Assembly: GCA_964035545.1 (NCBI GenBank)
Contig: OZ037767.1
Span: 1 to 64,000, forward strand
From: Bugula neritina
Lineage: Eukaryota; Animalia; Bryozoa
Reading direction: 5' to 3'
Length of the DNA: 64,000 bases
Positions 24,131 to 35,997 of the stretch are shown one piece after another. Position numbers and translations under genes: made by a program. Each line of letters opens with the position of its first letter. Within the stretch, counting starts at the first letter, position 1. The notes under the pieces were generated by a model. That model searched no databases and was not told the origin of the DNA. It saw nothing but the letters and a program-made list of their open reading frames with translations.

Positions 24131-25697
24131 ATCAAGTCAAATAAAATACATTTAAAATAAATCAGATATATTCTTGTAAATAACTTGAAACTAAACAAAA
24201 TGTTTATATGGGTAAATGAATGTAGTAACAATATCTGCAAGCTTAAATTCATTTGATAAAATGCATACAATTATAGTGTTCATGCAATTTGTCCTCATGG
24301 CACTAACAGCTAAAAATTGTATGCAAGAGAAGGCATGTCAAATTATATACGGAGTCATGGTACAAGGCACCTGCTGTAGCAACTTGCAGCTAGAGTCAAG
24401 GGCTCCTCATATTTGTGCTTCGCTCAAGCGAATCTGATTGGTTGACAAATGAAAAGCATCTGCTGAGATGACAGTGGAAGTGATGAGGCATGCTTGTGAG
24501 CAGCATGCAAGGAATAGTGAGGAATAAGAACTGGGGAGAGCTTCTACAATCAGAATAATATATTAAATTGTGACAAGTATATTCCAAACCAGCATTACTA
24601 ACTTTATACACTGCCATACCTTTGAACTAATAGCAGAGTAAAGTTAAATTTATAGACCGTTAAAACCTCAGCTTATATAATACAGAAATTTATCTGCACT
24701 TTCTGAAAGTCAAATTGAAAAAATTAGGTAGCAAAGTTATAGTATATAGACATAATCACATGTATATAAATTAGCAATCATTTACAGTAACTGCAGCATA
24801 CTTTACCTTCTAGCCTTGCAACCTCTGCTCTTTGATGTGGAAAATTACTGCTCTGATTAAGTTCTCTCAAAGCTCGCAGACCAGCCTTTCCAGCAACTGT
24901 AGCGGCAACCATGACAGTTGGTGGGCGTGCCTGCAACAGTAGTATAAAATTTTCATTGTCAAGACTGATGACCATAAGTAGAGTCTGATGCTCATTTGAC
25001 ACTGAATAAACAACTAGGCCTGAGAGGCTGGATTTATCTTTTATTTCAAGGTGACCAACCTTTACCAACTGTGAAACCTATTAAACAATGTCAACTATAT
25101 AACACATGACCAACTGAGAGTAATACAAAACATAAATACAAGAAATATCATTATTCAGTGAAGCTACAACACTATAAACTATCAAAAGAACAAAATTTGA
25201 ATATAGATTGATATAATATAACACAAAATAGCTACCTTGTAGGTCTATGCCTAATAGAATACTGATTTGTCATCTGCTTGCTGTAAATAGCTTAAAATAA
25301 AGGCTATTCTCTAATTTATTGGCTTAATAGCTAACAGTAACCAGCTATAAAGCTGAGTCATTCTAGCTTTGCAATTGAATTAGTAATAAAAACTAGTGGT
25401 GAAACCGCCTATTGTCTAGTTCAAGAAAAAAAATTATAAGTAGGTGTAGTATTGTCTCACCACTGCTAGCAGGCGTGAAGGAGCAGAGATAACAGCTGTA
25501 GTTCTCTCCTGTATGTAGCGTCTGATGATTCAGCAGCTCTGATTTGGATGCAGCAGCCAATAAACCCTAAGAGCACCTGGCCCGCCTCTCACCTGCCAGG
25601 TAGATGTAGTATCATGTGAATAAGCTTTACTGAGCACAACACGTTATTCAGTTGAGTCTCAAAGAAAGAGTGAACAACAGTATGTATATAAAGCATT

Positions 25698-26002
25698 AGC
25701 TTTTCATCTGAAAGCTTTACATAGCTTTTCATCTGAAAGCTTTACATAGCTTTTCATCTGAAAGCTTTACATAGCTTTCCATCTGAAAGCTTTACATAGC
25801 TTTTCATCTGAAAGCTTTACATAGCTTTTCATCTGAAAGCTTTACATAGCTTTTCATCTGAAAGCTTTACATAGCTTTCCATCTGAAAGCTTTACATAGC
25901 TTTTCATCTGAAAGCTTTACATAGCTTTTCATCTGAAAGCTTTACATAGCTTTTCATCTGAAAGCTTTACATAGCTTTTCATCTGAAAGCTTTACATAGC
26001 TT
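25698..26002. repeat. 25-bp minisatellite x12 (AGCTTTTCATCTGAAAGCTTTACAT)
   Basis: Read directly; lies in an intron of the ZF remnant. Confidence 0.95.
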
Positions 26003-26934
26003 TTTCTCTTAAAGCCTGTATAACAACAAAGCTATAATACTACAGTAGACTGAGATAGTGTTACAATCTGGGGGTGACAGAACGGGGTACCCGCTGAGGA
26101 GTATGTGACCACAGGCCATATAATAAACTGGAGCAGAATTGTAGCTTAGGTTTTATAGAAGTTAGGGCTTAACTGGTACACTGAAAACAATTCTATACAA
26201 GAAAATAAACATGTTTGTAACGCCTAAAATATTTAAAATTTATTATTTCTAATAAAATTTGCTCCAAAAAGCTTATTAATATCTTCTTTTTTTAAATGCT
26301 AACATTCAGTAATAAAATGAGAAGTCATAGCCAGGATAAAACATTCTGTGAATAGGAAAACAGACACACCCAATAACCAGTGTTACCGGATAAAGTCATT
26401 CTGAGGTAACGCACCTGTAAGCTGCCTCATGTGCACCTCCAGGTGCTGGAGAGTTGCTGCAGATTTCACACGAGTACTTCCTTTCTACAGGCGCAGTGTG
26501 ACGGCGTTCATGTTTCTTCAGTTCACTACCATGCAGTTACGTAGCAGTTCCCTGTTAACAGAGTACGCAATAACTACTACAGAGTATACAGTACTAGCTA
26601 CATATACTACAGTTTTGAGTCACAAAAGGGACTCATCTAACAATGTGTCACCTTTAGTAGATATCTTGTGCATTACCTGTAGGATAGTTCAATCCATAAA
26701 GCTTGAACATTCATCTGTAACAGCTTTCATACTCTCAGCCCTGAAATAACATGAAAGTAAAATATAAAACATGGTAGCTGATTGGGTTCAAAAAAATTAC
26801 AAATGTGAAAAAAATCGATATAAAATATTTATAAACGCCACGAGTAACCCTAAATACTTCAACATGGAGAATGTTTGAGTTTGTCAACTAATATTTACTT
26901 AGTGAGTAGTAATGGGTAATAGTTACCATTTACT

Positions 26935-27060
26935 GCAGGCGAGAGGTCCGTGGCAGGCGAGAGGTCCGTGGCAGGCGAGAGGTCCGTGGCAGGCGAGAGG
27001 TCTGTGGCAGGCGAGAGGTCTGTGGCAGGCGAGAGGTCTGTGGCAGGCGAGAGATCTGAG
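26935..27060. repeat. 18-bp GC-rich minisatellite x~7 (GCAGGCGAGAGGTCYGTG)
   Basis: Read directly; explains the QARGPW / DLSPAT ORFs. Confidence 0.95.
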
Positions 27061-29151
27061 GCAGAGGTATAATGAAAGAAGATCAGCTGCTGTTGCTGGA
27101 TGAACACTCAAGTGTCTGAGAAGCTTCACCATGACTGCACCTGACTTCAAACAAGCACAATAAGATCTACAGCTATTATACTTCTTTCTACATAGCAACA
27201 ATATAGCTAAAATTCAGCTCAATTACAAAAGAAAAAGCTTTAAAAAGCAAAGCAGCTAATCTGCATGCAGTTGAATGCTTAACCTATTTAAAGTATACCC
27301 TTCCCCTGCTGTGAGTGTACTCTCTATAGTTTATCATAACAGAGAGTGGGGTGAGTGTACTCTCTATAGTTTATCATAACAGAGAGTGGGGTGAGGGGGC
27401 AGACAACTCATATACTGTATGTCAGCCTGTAACAAGGTTGGAAACAGTTTAACCGAAATATAAGTTCCTATCTCTTATAATTTATTACTATTTTATAGAG
27501 TTTCATATGCCACCCATTTGTAGATAAAATATAGTGTTTCTCTAAAGCCTGCAGTTAGTAATATATAAGGCACATTGACTGTTTAGGTTAGACAGATAAA
27601 ATTACTGCAGAAACATTGAAGTTTAGGAATCATACCTTTGACAAATACAGCATTTACTATTCATACACTAATATACGTCACATGCATACAAGAACTCAGA
27701 AACATATAATTTTAAATTACTATGAAGGTATACAATAGAATTAATACATAAGGCATCTTAAATTAGTTATTTGTTGTATGACTTCAAGGAAAAGCTGACT
27801 ATTGCTTTGTCAATCATAAAGTAGTGGATATAATGGATACAGAAGTCTTTAGAGATTCCAACAAGTTAAATACGCTAAAGTGGCTCATTAAACCAGAATG
27901 CTAATTCAATTGAAATAAGAATTTAAGAGTAAACAGCTCAACTTTACAAAAGTTAAATCACAGTCAATTCATAAAACACAATTACATCACAACAGTTGTG
28001 TAAGTTTACCTAAAGTGAAGACATGGACAGTTGACAAACTAATGGTCAACAGGTCATTTTAAAGCATATATATGCAAATTTAAAACGAGAAGACAACTGC
28101 ATTTTTTTTCAGAAAAACAACATGAATTAATTTTTTGTCATTTCAACAAACAATTTATGTAAAAATTACATTTTTAAATATGTAGAAAAAGGCAGTCTGA
28201 TACAAGGCAGCCTGATACAATAAGCATGCTAACGTCATTTAGTCCAATCAAGTTGACAACTCTTAATAGATATTTGCTTGTCATATGTCTTCTAGGCCAA
28301 TTGCTAGTACAGTTTAGAGACTTCAAAGATTAAAATCGTATGATTACTGGTAAATTGTAAAGTTAAAAAATTCTATAACGGCTTAGTTTTTATAATTTAA
28401 TATATGAAGGACTATGTTCAATGAAAGATTCATAATTGAAATATAAATCTTTTTCAAATACTTGCATATAATCTTGAACAAAATGAAGAAAAACTTGAAA
28501 ACTATATAACTATAAAATGTATTTTGTTAATGCTTCATTATTTTTAAACACAATCAGATATATCTGCAGCCAGAACTTTATAAGTTAGGGGAAAATGACA
28601 ATGCGTTGTGTATTAAACTAAAGCCATTGTTAGCATATCAAATAAAATCCGTATTGGAATGTTTTTTGCTCACCACTTTTGGAAGTTTGGCACCAGTAGA
28701 AGTTGCACCTTCCCAATTTTCTTTAGTCAAGCTATATATTTTCTGTTACTTTATCATTTATTTCAAACACAGTGCAGCTATTTCACAGCAAAGCCAAATT
28801 TCCCAATGCTACAAGACGCAACAAGGTAAGTCGAACTCCTTAATTTGTCAAAAGACAATCTGCATATAAAAATATTATTACAATATATAGACAACCAGAT
28901 ACTGGTGTGTCTTTAAATATTATATCAAAGCAGCTAAATAAAATATGTCAAAGTTCAAACAATTGGAAAAACTAAGTGAATTGATATACGAAGTTTTCCA
29001 ACTCAAGTTATCTAAACTATTACCACCAACTCAATTTAGAAAATGCTACTAAAGATGACCATAATGCCTAGGAAGCTTAGAGTCTATTTCTAGATTTTAG
29101 AGTAAAATTTTAAGTGACTTCTACTTAGTATATTTTCTACCCTGGTGGTAC

Positions 29152-29538
29152 TGTAAGGGTTTTGTGTAAGGAGTTATGTTACCATTGTATATATCGAAAG
29201 GACAACTCTCCTGCTCATATTGCGTTACCCTAATGACAGCGTCCCTCATCAACTCGGCCTGACAATATCTACTTTACTACTCTACCAGCGTACGCTGTAA
29301 ACAACTAATTAGAGCTAATAGCTATCGCGCTTGGATGGCCGCCAGTTGAGCAGTAGAATAGCTTAAGATAGGTTGCGTAAACTGTCTGCAATGATGTAGC
29401 GTGTTTTTATTATTGCGTATAGTTTTACTCTTGTATCTTGTGAATTAAATAAGCTTTATAATCTACTTTAACTTGGTAGTGTTGCATTACTTTAAATACC
29501 CAGCAATTACTAATTAGTGAATGCATAAATTCACAACA
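29152..29538. mobile_element. Possible solo LTR (Gypsy-like)
   Basis: TGT...ACA termini, flanks GTAC/GTAT (imperfect 4-bp TSD), higher GC than flanks, ATTAAA near 29444. Confidence 0.4.
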
Positions 29539-29939
29539 GTATTTTAGTTATGGAGTGTTTAACTTACTAATACTATTACGCCGTAATAGTAATAAAATTA
29601 CATTTACAGTATGAGTGTACTTAGATTATAAAGAATATAGTTGCACAAGTTTATTATTTCCCAGAAGAACCTCCACAGCTAGAGTAGTGTAGACTTGACA
29701 TCAAAATCACTCAAAACATAATGTTGATTTAGTTTTAAAACCTATGGCTATGCGATGCCTATGGTTATTGATTAATCATTTATTTTTAATTTAATTAGTA
29801 ATTAATCACTAGAAGTAAATTAGCATTTTTTCACTGTACAGTCACAGTGTACTAGTTTAACCCCTGGTTAAAGCTACATGAGTAGCTACCCTTGACACCT
29901 AGTTAGTTCAAACAAATGAGATATTAGCAAAATTAATTT

Positions 29940-30095
29940 AATCAAATGGCAAGTTGATTAAAGGATTACCTTTTCATCGCGACCAAACAGTTTGACTTGC
30001 AACCAGCAACAGGCCAGGTTGAAGAACAACCAAGTAATGACAATGCTGAATGCAGCAGACAGTGCTCAGCCGTCCGTAACTGATCACGTGACTTA
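29940..30095 (-). promoter_or_regulatory. Putative promoter/first exon of the minus-strand (ZF-derived) unit; inverted paralog of 13030-13200
   Basis: E-box CACGTG + ATCAGTTAC and an exon ending AAAG|GTAATCC on the minus strand. Revcomp aligns with 13030-13200 and partly with 16950-17050. Confidence 0.5.
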
Positions 30096-30126
30096 TGCCG
30101 CTTGCTTATTGAAAAAAGTTATTCTA

Positions 30127-30280
30127 TGAGCAGCTCCAATTCGGGGGTGATTGAGTGTAATAGTTGACAATCTCGAGTTTGAACTTGGGGGTTTAAAAGT
30201 TTCGATTCAAACCAATATTCTGTAAACGCGAGAATTCTAAACTATCTACACTTGGTCACCCCCAATTTGGAGCTGTTTAT
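30127..30280. mobile_element. Fold-back element (MITE-like or hairpin RNA), ~155 bp
   Basis: Arm ATGAGCAGCTCCAATTCGGGGGTGATTGAGTGTAATAGTT vs revcomp ATAAACAGCTCCAAATTGGGGGTGACCAAGTGTAGATAGTT, plus inner TCTCGAGTTT / AAACGCGAGA. Confidence 0.65.
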
Positions 30281-31588
30281 GAAGCAATTTAATAATCCTA
30301 TTATTATTATTACTGCTACCACGGTAACATTATGTCTATGAATTACAGAGCAACGAATTGCTCAAGGTTTCGATTTCAATTCAAATAGCTTTGCTTTATC
30401 AATGCTTTTTGCTTTACTTCAGTATAATATTATTATGTTTTTATCAAAACAATAGCGATTAATCCGTGGTCGCACCGGGTCGTACCGTGGTCGTACAGGC
30501 CTACCATACCAGTAATAAAATATTGTCAACCGAGCTTAATTTCGGAGTCATTCCCTCGTTTATATTTTTTTGCGACGCCATTAAAACCTTTTATTTATTG
30601 GTTCCCTCTTGAATGTCTTGAGGACTCGCCTGAGGCAGAGTATAAACTTTGAAATCACTTGATTCAGTAGTTTGAGGGTCTTGTGTTTAAAGTTGGAAAT
30701 TTGAACAATATGTGTACAAACACTAAGTTCAGTGACTCCAAAATTTTTTCTGCATTTATAAATGTCTCATATGTTTCGTTTTACATGCTCAAGGTATGCC
30801 TTGTCGATAAAATAATAATTATTAATATTAATATTATCATTATGATTATGATTACAAGTACAACTTTTAGCAATACTAGTACTAGTAGTAACCTCTGATG
30901 ATGGATGCATATTTATACTGCTCACTGCCACAGTACCATGATTATATGTATTTTTAATTTAAAAACAATTACCGAATAATAACAATTTAATGAAAGTTAA
31001 ATTTGATAATCAAATTCAAGGAGTTGTTTACGTTTATGAAGATTTGTTGCATTCACACGATTCAACCAGAGAACTTTTAATAGTTGCATAGGAGGTTTCG
31101 GAGTAAGACTAAGACTAAGAGTAACACAAGCGGAGCCAAAGAAGAGCATAAACACGGAGTTCACAGCCTGCTGGTTTGAGATTTTTGTGGTCCAGAGATT
31201 GTACTGGGTTACAGGGATCTTTTCCCGTCTGCGAATTTTTGATCCCTGCGGTTGTTTCTGGCTGTGAGTAGTTGGAGGTGTTGAGGGAGTGGGCTCACTT
31301 GATAGGCTATATTATTGTAATCATATTAACCAACTCAACAGTTTACTAAGTGATTGACTAACTCTGTCTGTCTTTGACTAGTAACACTATTTATTTATTT
31401 ATTTACTTATTAATTCATTTAATTGATCATTTCTTGTCTGTCTTTGTCTAGTAACACTATTTATCTATTTATCTATTTATTTACTTCCTACTCCTTAAAG
31501 TTACTATTTACTAAAAATTCTCTCTGAAAAAAAAAAATAATAAAATTTAACGCTGTCTTTGGTCATTTTTGAAAATAAAAAACAAAGA

Positions 31589-32530
31589 ATGACGAAAACC
31601 AAAAGGTCAGAATCAACCTCAAGTACTAGCTCATCAACAGCTAAATGTACCCAGAGGCAGAGTGCTATACTTAATTATACTCCGGGACCTACCGTGTCTC
31701 AGGCGATGTGTGAAAAATGTACTAAAAAAATAGATGATGAAGATGAAGGCACCCTGTCAATTGAGTGTGAAACTTGTCTCAATTGGTTTCATTTAGACTG
31801 TACTGATCTTATGAAGCAAGACCTAAACACCATTACGAAAAAGGGTATTCATTGGTTTTGTGACCAATGTGAAGCTGTGGCATACCCAAATTTTATAACC
31901 AGACTTAAAGCCATTGAATCCCACATTGAAAAAAGTTACGATCAAGTAATGGGTTCATTTAATAATCGCATGACTGCTGTGGAATCTCAACTAACTAGCT
32001 TATTTGAGAATCATATTTCTAAAAGTGAGAAAACATTTGCTTCGGTGGTTGCAAAACTGGAAGATTCCACTACAACAATAAATAAGCAACTAAAGAACCA
32101 AGAAGTTCAAATTAAATCTATCAAAACAGAAATTTCTAGTGAAAGCAGAGCTAAAAATATCATAGTTTTTGGAATTTCCGAGGAACACGACACTACTTTA
32201 GATGAATCCATAGGTAAACTCTCAGAAGTTTTAGATTCATGTAGTCTCAGATTTCACGCATCAAGAGATAATGCCACAAGATTAGGACCAAAAAAAGTTG
32301 ACAAGATTAGACCCATGAGACTAACACTAGCTTCAGAAGTTCAAAAATGGGAATTTCTAAAACGCATCAACGCTCAGAAAATAGAAGGAGTCTTTGCTCG
32401 TCTTGACTTGAATAAAGAGGAACAAGAAAAGGATTTTCAACTGAGAAGCGAGCTGAGGGAATTGAGGCAGAAAAATCCAGAAAACAAGTACAAGATAACA
32501 AACGGGAAGATAATAAAAGTAAGACAGTAA
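31589..32530 (+). CDS. LINE ORF1p (PHD finger, coiled coil, RRM-like C-terminus)
   Basis: PHD: CEKC..IECETCLNWFHLDC..WFCDQC. Also NIIVFGISE, RLG..RPMRL and DLNKEEQ motifs. First ATG at 31589. Confidence 0.9.
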   Translation: MTKTKRSESTSSTSSSTAKCTQRQSAILNYTPGPTVSQAMCEKCTKKIDDEDEGTLSIECETCLNWFHLDCTDLMKQDLNTITKKGIHWFCDQCEAVAYPNFITRLKAIESHIEKSYDQVMGSFNNRMTAVESQLTSLFENHISKSEKTFASVVAKLEDSTTTINKQLKNQEVQIKSIKTEISSESRAKNIIVFGISEEHDTTLDESIGKLSEVLDSCSLRFHASRDNATRLGPKKVDKIRPMRLTLASEVQKWEFLKRINAQKIEGVFARLDLNKEEQEKDFQLRSELRELRQKNPENKYKITNGKIIKVRQ

Positions 32531-35283
32531 CACATGATAATCGGAGAATATTAACAGTAAATGCGAGATCAATAAGGGGGAAAATATTGGAGATTCAAAC
32601 CCTCTCCGTTGAATACGATATCATTTGTATTACTGAAACACACTTAGATAATGCATTTTTGAATTCTCAATTGTTTTCTCCCAAAGACAAAGTAGTATAT
32701 AGAAAAGATCGTGATTCGCACGGAGGTGGTGTATTGATTGCCATAAATGTAGAAATTCCCCATAAGCTAATCAGGTGTGAAACAGAAGCAGAAGCAATCA
32801 CAGTATGTTTTAGACTGGATAGCAAGGAATATTGCAATCTTACTTGCTATTATAGACCCCCTTCTTCACGTGACATGAACTCATTCTTTGAGTACATGAA
32901 AAATATTCACACTAAATACCCAACAAATAGAAAACTCATGACCGGTGATTTTAACCTTCCAGGAATCAATTGGGAAGATACTGGCCTTTCAACTTGTTGG
33001 AGGACATACTATACTGACTTTTGTAATTTTCTAAATGATAATAATTTGGAACAACTTGTTCATAAATCTACGCACATAGCAGGCAATATATTAGATCTCA
33101 TCTGTACTGACTTGTCATATAAAGTTCAAAGCACAAATGTAATAACACCGGGTATTAGCGACCATTTCATGATAGAAACGGTCTTGACTGGTAAAGTAGA
33201 ACAGAAAAAGAAACCATCTATCCCCCCAATCAAGCTATTTCACAAAATCGAACTCGGCGGGTTTACAACTGGTCTAGATGAGTTGCTTCATACTATTAAA
33301 AACAAAGTGATGTTGAAATATGATATTAATGTTATATGGAATACATTTAAGACTGAATTACATAGACTTGTTGATTCATATGTCCCAACTAAACAACGTA
33401 AGCCTAGAAATCTACATGAGCCTCTCTGGTTTAATGATGAAGCCAGACGGGCATGTAAGAAACAGCGAAAGTTTTACAACCGCTTTCAAACGTCTGGTGA
33501 TGCTGATCACTTGGCTAAATATAAAGAATTACGTCGCCATAATAAAAAATTATTCAAAAAACTAAAAGCATCTTTTCTGGTGAATCGTCTATACCAACCT
33601 CTTTCCAGTGGCTACACAAAACCGTTTTACAAATATGTTAAAGATCTAAAAGGGAATGGTAATGAGATTACTTCCATAGAAAACAACGATGGTATCTTGA
33701 CGTATGATAAAACTAAGATATCTAACACTCTGAATGGTTTCTTCTACAGTGTATTTACCACTCCATCACCTCTACCAGAATTACCATCAGTCACTGAGAA
33801 AGATAATATAGTGGTAACTAAAGAAGGAGTTGTGAACCTGCTGAGACAACTTGTACAAGGTAAAGCTCCTGGAGTAGATGGATTCACAAAGAACTATCTC
33901 ACAGTAGACTTAGATCGAACAGCAGAAATACTGGTGTGCATTTTCAATCATTCACTCAATACAGGAATAGTGCCAGATGACTGGAAGACTGCAAATGTAA
34001 CACCTGTGTTTAAACAGGGTAACCGCACTCTAGCTTCCAACTATCGTCCAGTATCACTAACGTGCATTTGCTGTAAAATTCTTGAACATGTAGTTCTGCA
34101 TCATTTAAACACACAATTGGAAAATTTGATACATGAAAACCAACATGGTTTTCGCCGCAACTTTTCATGTGTTACTCAGCTTGCTACTGTCAACCACGAT
34201 ATATTAAGGCATATAGATAAAGGACATTTTGTAGATGCAGTTGTGCTAGATTTTTCTAAAGCCTTTGATGTAATTGACCATCATATTCTTGTAAAGAAAT
34301 TGATATTGTTAAAAATAAATCCCTGCATTATTCGATGGGTTTCATCATTCTTAACTGGACGCTCACAACGAGTGGTCATTGACGGGGTATCTTCGGACTT
34401 AGCACCAGTGACTTCCGGGGTTCCACAAGGAAGTGTGCTGGGTCCAACATTATTCGTTTTGTTTATTAATGACATTGTAAACTGCGTTACACATAGTACA
34501 ATCAGGCTTTTTGCTGATGACACTCTTGTTTATCTACCCATTACTGATCCAAATGATCATCATAAACTACAGGGAGATCTTTCTAGACTTTATAGGTGGG
34601 CAAAAGAAAACAATATGAAGTTCAACTCAAAGAAAAGTAATGTCATCACTTTTGGTAAGAAAACAGAAAATATGGGAAATGTCTTCACTTATAAATTAGG
34701 AGAAGATCCCCTGAATAGAGTTGGAGTTGTAAAATACCTTGGAATATTGCTATCAGCAGATTTGAAATGGAATAAGCATGTCGAAAATATCATATCAAAG
34801 GCATACAGAGTACTAGGTTTAATCAAGCTCACACTAGGAAATGCCCCAGAAAATGTTAAAATTCTAGCGTATAAAACTCTTTGTAGACCTCTCCTAGAAT
34901 ATGCTGCTGAAGTATGGGACCCATGCAATAAACATCTAATAACAAAATTAGAAGTTACCCAAAATAGGGCTGTACGGTTCATTAAAAATTTAAAGGGTAG
35001 AGAAGTATCGGTAACAGATGCCAAAATTGACCTAGGACTAGAAACATTAAGAAAGCGCAGACAGTCACAGAGAATTTCTTTGTTGTGTCGTATTGCTGCA
35101 AATAATGATTTATTTCCAACCTTAAATAACACACTTAAATCTATGAAATCCTCAACCCATAACATGAATACCCGTATTAACACTTTCAATGCTATAGCCT
35201 GCGATTCGAGCCTGTACCTGCAGGGTTTCCTGTTGCGCACTGTCCGGGAGCTCCGTACGGGGGAGATAGTAGCGGATTTCTGA
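32416..35283 (+). CDS. LINE ORF2p (APE endonuclease + reverse transcriptase)
   Basis: APE motifs ILTVNARSI (upstream of the track start 32587), TETHL, YRPP, GDFN, SDH. RT motifs QHGFR, LDFSKAFD, GVPQGSVLGP, FADD. Frame is open from 32416 with no upstream ATG. Confidence 0.95.
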   Translation, partial: RGTRKGFSTEKRAEGIEAEKSRKQVQDNKREDNKSKTVTHDNRRILTVNARSIRGKILEIQTLSVEYDIICITETHLDNAFLNSQLFSPKDKVVYRKDRDSHGGGVLIAINVEIPHKLIRCETEAEAITVCFRLDSKEYCNLTCYYRPPSSRDMNSFFEYMKNIHTKYPTNRKLMTGDFNLPGINWEDTGLSTCWRTYYTDFCNFLNDNNLEQLVHKSTHIAGNILDLICTDLSYKVQSTNVITPGISDHFMIETVLTGKVEQKKKPSIPPIKLFHKIELGGFTTGLDELLHTIKNKVMLKYDINVIWNTFKTELHRLVDSYVPTKQRKPRNLHEPLWFNDEARRACKKQRKFYNRFQTSGDADHLAKYKELRRHNKKLFKKLKASFLVNRLYQPLSSGYTKPFYKYVKDLKGNGNEITSIENNDGILTYDKTKISNTLNGFFYSVFTTPSPLPELPSVTEKDNIVVTKEGVVNLLRQLVQGKAPGVDGFTKNYLTVDLDRTAEILVCIFNHSLNTGIVPDDWKTANVTPVFKQGNRTLASNYRPVSLTCICCKILEHVVLHHLNTQLENLIHENQHGFRRNFSCVTQLATVNHDILRHIDKGHFVDAVVLDFSKAFDVIDHHILVKKLILLKINPCIIRWVSSFLTGRSQRVVIDGVSSDLAPVTSGVPQGSVLGPTLFVLFINDIVNCVTHSTIRLFADDTLVYLPITDPNDHHKLQGDLSRLYRWAKENNMKFNSKKSNVITFGKKTENMGNVFTYKLGEDPLNRVGVVKYLGILLSADLKWNKHVENIISKAYRVLGLIKLTLGNAPENVKILAYKTLCRPLLEYAAEVWDPCNKHLITKLEVTQNRAVRFIKNLKGREVSVTDAKIDLGLETLRKRRQSQRISLLCRIAANNDLFPTLNNTLKSMKSSTHNMNTRINTFNAIACDSSLYLQGFLLRTVRELRTGEIVADF

Positions 35284-35997
35284 GCCTGGATAGATCCGAG
35301 GGTCCCACAATTACTCTCTTCGAGAGGTCTTGGGACTTAACCCAATCAAGATCAAGATCAAGAACCATAGGTATAGTGAAAGTGATAGTGAGACTGATAG
35401 TGATAGTCATAGATGATAGGTAACGACTAACAGTAACCGTAACTTGTAGTTGTAGACTTGTACTTGTAGTTCAGTTGTCTTTTGCTTTACTAGCTCTAAG
35501 TAAAGTCGAAATTTAATTTTAAACGAGAAACCATTGTTATTTGTATTTCTACCCAACATGAACATCTTTAATCTTAACATAACATTCGAATGATATCTTT
35601 TTGGTTACGATACTTTCCCAAGTACTACTATTTAAATTAAAATTATAGACTGGTGGTTGTTTTTTAAATTTTAATTTGTCTACAAAAATTAAACTATAAC
35701 CATTTTCATTGTGAAGACCTCAACAATCAACAACGTCACTTCACAACCGTGTTGATCTTTCTTGAATACTTTTAGTTTTTATAATCATTGCTAACAGACT
35801 AACAGCATAATTTTTAACATCAGTGATAAACTTGTAGTTGTGTGGTAACTAGTAATTAACACCTGCCTCTTTCACATGTCTCCTAAATTTTATAATTAAT
35901 ATTATATTTACTAGCTAAAATCTTAGTTACTTGTTAGGCTAGAATTACTGTTTTATATTTGTAATTGATATAACTCGGGCGAAATTTCATTCAAGCA

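Larger units (their letters stand above)
25461..27170 (-). pseudogene. C2H2 zinc-finger gene remnant (spliced, frameshifted)
   Basis: Exon 26551-26415 reads CYVT/HGSELKKHERRHTAPVERKYSCEICS/TLQHLEVHMRQLT(G). It splices in phase 1 to exon 25592-25461, GERRARCS*GLLAAASKSELLNHQTLHTGENYSCYLCSFT. A further C-x12-H-x3-H remnant (CLKSGAVMVKLLRHLSVH) lies near 27100-27155. Other exon-like blocks extend down to ~24800. Confidence 0.8.
31121..35363 (+). mobile_element. Full-length CR1-group (CR1/L2-like) non-LTR retrotransposon
   Basis: 5' UTR, two intact ORFs, 3' stem-loop (GTCCCA..CTCTCTTCGAGAG..TGGGAC, 35302-35337) and (ATCAAG)3 tail. 5' boundary approximate. Confidence 0.93.

Noticed and set aside
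25698-26002. CRISPR-like appearance of palindromic repeats (also 38718-39240, 51530-51810)
   Set aside because: Head-to-tail repeats without unique spacers, no cas genes, eukaryotic intronic context.
31121-35363. Telomere-maintaining retrotransposon (TART/HeT-A, TRAS/SART, Athena type)
   Set aside because: Single CR1-group copy 23 kb inside the end, not inserted in telomeric repeats; the long simple-repeat telomere implies telomerase.
34281-35410. Minus-strand ORFs within the LINE
   Set aside because: Antisense shadows of RT ORF2 with no recognisable motifs.
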